Shown here piece after piece: positions 58,270-64,000 of a DNA stretch of 64,000 nt. How positions within the stretch are numbered: the first letter of the stretch is position 1; each line of letters starts with the position of its first letter. The translations under genes and the position numbers were made by a program. The stretch is from Phaeosaccion multiseriatum. Lineage: Eukaryota > Protista > Ochrophyta, other classes. Under the pieces are notes generated by a model. It was not told the DNA's origin and did not search any database. It was given only the letters and a program-made list of their open reading frames with translations. The DNA is taken from contig OZ218952.1 in the NCBI GenBank assembly GCA_965112735.1, positions 2,480,001 through 2,544,000 of the forward strand, in the 5' to 3' direction.

Positions 58270-61200
58270 ATGCGGAGAACGATTCGCCCCACTCCTCCTC
58301 GCAGCGGCCAGAGGAGGAGGCCCCAAACTGCGGGAGCAAATCTGTTTCCCCATCGCCTTGTGCAACATGAGATAGCTCATGCCCAGGCGGGAACAGCTCT
58401 TCGGTCCTCCCCACACACGCGAGGCCGCTCGGCGAAGAGAAGGCTGAGCACGGGTAAGCAGAGGAGCAGTGAGGAGAAGGCGTGTGCGCAGCCATCACTG
58501 AGGAGGGGAGAGAAGGGCGGCCGCGCCGACGGTGAAGGCGGTAGACCTCTCTCGACGGCAGGTACGCCTAAAGGGATTGTTGCCGACCCAGCTCTATGCA
58601 GCAACATCTTGGACAAGTATAACGCAGGGATAAGCGCTATGCTACAACAGAGCAGCGAGGTTGGGGGACTCAAGGTAGTGGTGCCGCCCGACCTCAGCCT
58701 ATCTGTCAAGAAGACCGTCATGAGCACTGCGCTCTCCGTGATAAAGAAGCCCACACAGAGGTGAGGAAGGGGGTTGGAGGGAAGAGTGGAAGTGGAGAGC
58801 ACAGGCGCAATAGAGCAGCTCCGACACACATACACACACACATACACACAATACGACCAGCAGCCAGTGGAGGCTCGTGATTGTCCCCCCTAGGGTCCTT
58901 GTCGTTTTCCTATGGCGTGCCTCAACCCCCTTCTCGCCTCGCCTCCCGTGGGTGGTATACGCACTCTACACTCAGATCCTTGGAGGAGGACGACGAGGGC
59001 AGCGAGTCAAGCGATGCATCCACAGCGGACTCCTCCACAGGCTTCACAGGAGACCTCCAGGACAAATTTGAGGGACTGCAGAGGGAGAGAGTCATCTACC
59101 AGAAGCTGGGCATCGGTGCAAAGGTGGGGATGAGGAAGGAGGAGTGCCTAGGCACGGGGTGGGGTGGGGTGGGAGGGCCTCCACTTCCTCCTGGGCATTG
59201 TCTACTCTTTGACGCCCCTTGACCTCCTCTCAGACCTGTGGTACAACCCCCACCACCACCACTACCACCACTACTACTACTATCACTATCATCGCCTCTA
59301 CCAAAAGTTCGGCAACCCTGCTTACCACACATTGGCCCTTCTTATATGTGTAGGTGCAAGAGCTGGATGAGCAGATCGAGCAGTGCGAGAAGGACCTCAA
59401 CGAAGACACTAAGCAGAGGGAGGACACCTTGCTGCAGAGGAAGTTCATGCAGCTGGCGGTGAGGCACGAGCGACGGATGGCAGAGGCCGTGGAGGCCAAC
59501 GCGAGGATGTTCAGGGAGCTGCAAAACGAGTGCGCGGAGGAGGAGGCTAACCTCAAGGCCAAGCACGCCAAGCAGGTACGATGGTGGCCTAAGGGATCCC
59601 ACACTACTGCAAAGTCAGCTGCTGAACCACCAACTGCCGCCCCTAAGTGGTACAGAACAGCCGTTCCCTCCCTCCCTCCCTCCCTCCCCCTCTCTCTCAC
59701 ACGGGTACTCATACCGCTTGCCTATCTAAGAAGTGCACCCCTCGGTCTCCCCTTTCACCCCCTTCCCCTCCCTCTCCCCCTCTCCCTTCCCCTTCCAGGT
59801 GCTGGACCTGCTGGACAGCGCCACGGCTAAGGCCGCAAGTAGCGAAGCAAGGTGCACATGCACCAAGGAGTACCTTTGCACCCACAACGCGAGCAGCGCG
59901 TTCCAGGCGCGAAGAGTCAACAAGGAGGTGGTCAAGGCTCTGTATCGTGCGAAGCGGCTCCACGAGCACGGCCGACACAAGGTATGTATTTTGTGTATGT
60001 GCGCGTAGGGTGTTGTGTTGTATGTGGCCCGTAACATATTAAGTCAGTCGGACTCCTACTTGACCTATGCCTGCTACATATATATAAGATTGTATTTCTT
60101 ATATATAAACTGTATATAGGTATATATAGTCAGTATTATAACATGCCTCCTTCCTTTCTCATTCTCTCCCCCCTTGCTCCTATCAGGTGGCGAAGGAGAT
60201 GGAGAGAAGGGCCGACGCCATTCGGCAGGAGGAGGGGGAGAAGTGGAAAGCCAGGGTGGCAGGGAGACTCGTGGGATCGCGCTGGGGGGGGGGCGGCAGT
60301 CAACTTAGCGGCCTCCTGCAGACACACCTACAACAGCTCGCCATCATGAGAGAGAGGCAGGACCGGAGGTAGGTGTGTGTGTGTGTGCGTGGGATGGGTG
60401 GGGTGGGTGCGAGTGTGTGCGTGCGTGAGTCTGCACGTCTATGCGTGCGTGGGGCCCTGCGTGGGGGCGTGTGTGGGCCTGTGCAGTGGGGTGTGTGCCT
60501 ACTTGAGAGGTCTGGGCTGGGGCTGAGGCTTTCGCTTTTGATTGTGCTCTTGCTTGTGCTTGGGCTGCTAGTGCCTGTGCATAACGGGCCGGCTAGGCCA
60601 GAGGGAGGGGGGGAGGGAGGGGAGGAGGGAGGGGGGGAGGGGGGGAGGGAGGGAGGGAGGGAGGGAGGGAGGGAGGGAGGGAGGGAGGGAGGGAGGGAGG
60701 GAGGGAGGGAGGGAGGGAGGGAGGGAGGGAGGGAGGGAGGGAGGGAGGGAGGGACCGGGGGAGGGACGGAGGGAGGGAGGGAGGGAGGGATGGGGGAAGG
60801 AAGGGAGGGAGGGAGGGAGGGAGGGAGGGAGGGAGGGAGGGAGGGAGGGAGGGAGGGAGGGAGGGAGGGAGGGAGGGAGGGAGGGAGGGAGGGAGGGAGG
60901 GAGGGAGGGAGGGAGGGAGGGAGGGAGGGAGGGAGGGAGGGAGGGAGGGAGGGAGGGAGGGAGGGAGGGAGGGAGGGAGGGAGGGAGGGAGGGAGGGAGG
61001 GAGGGAGGGAGGGAGGGAGGGAGGGAGAGAGGGATGGGGGAAGGAAGGGAGGGAGAGAGGGTGGGAGGGTGAGATCAGATCACTGCGACAGGGTCAGCCC
61101 TCTTCTCTGTCCCTCGGTCGGCCGATTGGTTCTTCGAAGGGAGCTTCTTCTTCCCCATCCACTCCCTCGCCTCTCCTCCTCCTCCTTGCTCATCACCCTC

Positions 61201-62704
61201 TCTCTCTAACGCCTCCCCTTCTCCTCGTCCTCCTCCTTCTCCTCCTTCTCCTCCTCGTCCTCCTCCTCCTCGTCCTTCCACGTCCACTCTCTCGCCCCCT
61301 CCTCCGCACGTACAAACGCATGCCAATGGTCTCTGGTGAGTAGGATGAAGACCCTCCTGACCACTGGTGAGGCCAAGATCACCGCCATGCGCAAGACGGA
61401 GATGGCAGAGAAGGTCAAGGTGAAGCAGTTAACCATCAAGGCCATGAAGAACAGGAGGTAAGCTTGCATGTGATTGTGTGGGCGCGCGCGTGTGTGTGTG
61501 CGTGTGCGCGCGCGTACGTGTTTGTGTGTGTGTACCTGGCTGGATTCGGGCGAGCGAGAGGTGGTGTCGTATTAGATTGAGTGCGTGCCGAAGGAGGGTG
61601 GCATGGAGCGGGTCCTGAAGGGCGCTGACTCTCTCTCTCACACACACACACATGCACGACAACTAACAACAACAAACACGACGACGACGACGACGACGAC
61701 GACGACAACAACAACAGGTACCAGCAGATGCTGCTGCGGATGAAGGACACCAAGGGCATGGAAAGGATTGAGGGACAAAAAGACAAGTTCAACATCAGCC
61801 GCAACTTCATTCCCGGCATGAGCAAGGTAAGGGATGAGATGGGATGTGATGGCGGTGGTTGGGGAGGGGTGGGATGGCAGTGGATGGGATGAGATGGGAT
61901 GGCAGTGGATGGGATGGGATGGGGTGGCAGTGGATGGGGTGAGATGGGACGGCGGGAGATGGGATGGGATGGGATGGCAGTGGACGGGATGAGATGGGAT
62001 AGGAGGATGCTCTCCCCGCCTAGAGACAAATCAACCCATCATTTAACCAACCAACCAATCAACCATCCAACCGACTGACCTACCAACCCTTCTTCCCTCC
62101 CTCCCTCCCTTCCACCCTCCCTTCCTCCCTCCCATCCAACCAACCTTCCCTCTCGAACGCAGAGCCCCAAGGCCGGTCGCGGTGGAGGTGGAGGAGACGG
62201 CGAAAGGGGCGAGAGGGAGTTCTCCGCAGCGGCTCTGGACTGGCAGCCACCCGAGAGACCTGGTGTGGACAACTCCGTCAACATCGTGGACACCATGCAT
62301 CAGCTCCGGGATGAAGGCTATGAGGTGCGTGTGTGTGTGCGCGCGCGTGCGTGGGTGGGTGCGTGGGTGGGTGCGTGGGTGCGTGAGTGCTCTTTCTCCC
62401 TCTTTTTTTATCTCTCGCTAGGTCCATCTCTTGCTCTCTCTCCCGGCCTCTCTCCCTCTCGCTCTTGCGTTCCCTCTCCCTCTCTCATCGCTTTCGCTCT
62501 CTCTGTACGCAACGTCAGGTACCCGAGGTGCTGACTAGTCTGAAGTACATTCGCACGGCCGGAGCCGACGACGTCAATACCGAGGTGAAGGAAGTGAAAG
62601 AGCAAGCTGCGGTGGAGTGGGAACATCGCATGCAGCGTTTCTCCTCGCAGCAGGAAGATGGCAGCGACGCCACGCCCAGACAGCAATTGCATCAGCAGTA
62701 CCAC

Positions 62705-62743
<39 letters not shown>

Positions 62744-62836
62744 AAACAGCAGACGCAGCAGCGGCAGAAGCCACCGCAGCAGCCGACGCAGGAGTCAGGC
62801 TCTCGCCTGTTCGACAGGATCGTCGCAGCAAGGTGA
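58270..62836 (+). CDS. Uncharacterised coiled-coil protein with a CxCx3YLCxHN motif (paralog B)
   Basis: Exons ~58270-58760, ~58976-59123, 59354-59575, 59799-59981, 60188-60368, 61344-61457, ~61718-61826, ~62164-62324 and 62519-62836. Shares with paralog A the motifs STADSSTGF..DL.DKF..LQRER.I.QKLGIGAK, ELDEQIEQCEKDL, AKRLHEHGRHK and DWQ.P...G..NSVNI.DT. Start tentative. Confidence 0.85.
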
Positions 62837-63095
62837 CGAAACGCGATGCTAAACTGCGGTGGGCAACTGAGCCGCGAAGCGATGATGCCGTCACTCACAG
62901 CTTGTGGCACGGTAGGCAGAGAGGCCGAGCCCCCGTGCGTGAGCATGCGCGTGCGCGTGAGTGTCCGCGAGAGCGAGCACAACTACAGATGATAGGTTTG
63001 GCCTCCCTTAGCTACTCCACCCCGGGGGGGGGGCGTTCTGACCCCCTCACCGCCCCGTGGAACTTAGCCCCCAAGGTCGTATCTCTCCGACTCGT

Positions 63096-63297
63096 TCGGC
63101 CCCTGACATGTTTCTGAGGCGGCCCTGGTTCCTGCTTCTGGCCGGCGTCAGCGGGCCAGGCAGGTTCCAGGTTCTGGGGGAAAGCCATGTAATAAGGCAA
63201 TGATGACGGCCAAGGCTGGTTCCTGCTTCTGGCCGGCGCCAGCCGGCCTGCTTCCTGCTTCTGGGCTGGCCTGTCTCAGAAGCGTGTCAGGGGCCGA
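63096..63297. mobile_element. 202-bp MITE-like non-autonomous DNA transposon with 23-bp TIRs and a 7-bp target-site duplication
   Basis: TIRs TCGGCCCCTGACATGTTTCTGAG (63096-63118) and CTCAGAAGCGTGTCAGGGGCCGA (63275-63297), 21/23 match. Flanked by GACTCGT at 63089-63095 and 63298-63304. Internal direct repeats of CTGGTTCCTGCTTCTGGCCGGCG. Confidence 0.8.
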
Positions 63298-64000
63298 GAC
63301 TCGTCAGTCCTCCCCATCGGAACAAAGTTGATACCAGCCAGCGTTCTGTGTCGAATCGACCGTTCGTGTCGGGCCCGCTGGAGCGCAACGGCCAATCGCC
63401 GCCGAATGACGCAAACAGCTCTCGCATAAGCCCCCATGTCCAGATGTTCGGGGGGGGGAGAGAATTAAAAGGAGAGGGAAGATCCGAGAGAGACAGGTGG
63501 GAAAAAAGAAAAAAGAAAAAAGAGAAAAGAGAAAAGAGAAAGAAAATTAAATACAGGCGTTGGTCGTATAAACTCACAGCTGGCTTCGCTCGAACCAACT
63601 TTCCTTTCAACTTCTTCCGAGAAGAGAGAGCCTGTTTTGTACCGCAGCATGTTGAGGATAGAGAAGGGAGACGCACTATCCCAAGGATCCGGGCGGGCTA
63701 TCGCTGAGGCTTCGTCACGGGTGGGATGGCGGCAGTAATACGCCCAAGAGGAGACGTTGCGGGTGGGATGGATGTTCCTTTCCCTACTAGAGAGGATGAA
63801 GGAGACTTCGAAGTGAGGGAGCTTCCGCCCCCTCCTCAAAAGGCTGAGCGACAGTCCTCAATACTGAATATCCTCAAGCGTGGGTCAAGCTCGAGAAACC
63901 GAAGCGGGATGGAGGGAAGACGGCGAGACATGAGTGAGGTGGACAGCGAACAGAGTCTCGACGAACAGAGTCTCGAGGGTACATTAGAGACGGAGAAGGA

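Noticed and set aside
63909-64000. Possible start of another gene (MEGRRRDMSEVDSEQSLDEQ...)
   Set aside because: Truncated by the window edge and too short to support.

Overview
GC-rich, intron-rich eukaryotic DNA with many microsatellites, most consistent with a flagellated ochrophyte (photosynthetic stramenopile): it carries a CFAP57 gene, two bipartite ASAFAP-type plastid-targeting N-termini and an RGS-LOV-type module. Nine spliced genes can be reconstructed by hand: the 3' end of a PIF1 helicase; an Mrc1/Claspin-like protein with a DEK-C-like domain; CFAP57/WDR65; a YheT/ABHD-type hydrolase; a divergent class I methyltransferase; a ~2750-aa repeat protein ending in a degenerate RGS-LOV(PAS) unit; and a head-to-head pair of coiled-coil paralogs around a small HHY-motif membrane protein gene. 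Most long ORFs in the track are microsatellite artefacts. Two loci stand out. (1) At 10.6-13.3 kb a decayed spliced gene has been converted into a cluster of at least four fold-back hairpins whose arms differ mainly at synonymous positions, a candidate hairpin-RNA/small-RNA locus built from paralog fragments. (2) The giant RGS-LOV-like protein lacks the photoactive GRNCRFLQ motif and is fused to arrays of phosphorylatable helical repeats. Also seen: polarised complementary microsatellites at intron ends, a MITE with a 7-bp TSD, GC-AG introns, and an intron gain/loss between paralogs. All homology calls are by eye from remembered motifs; no searches were run.
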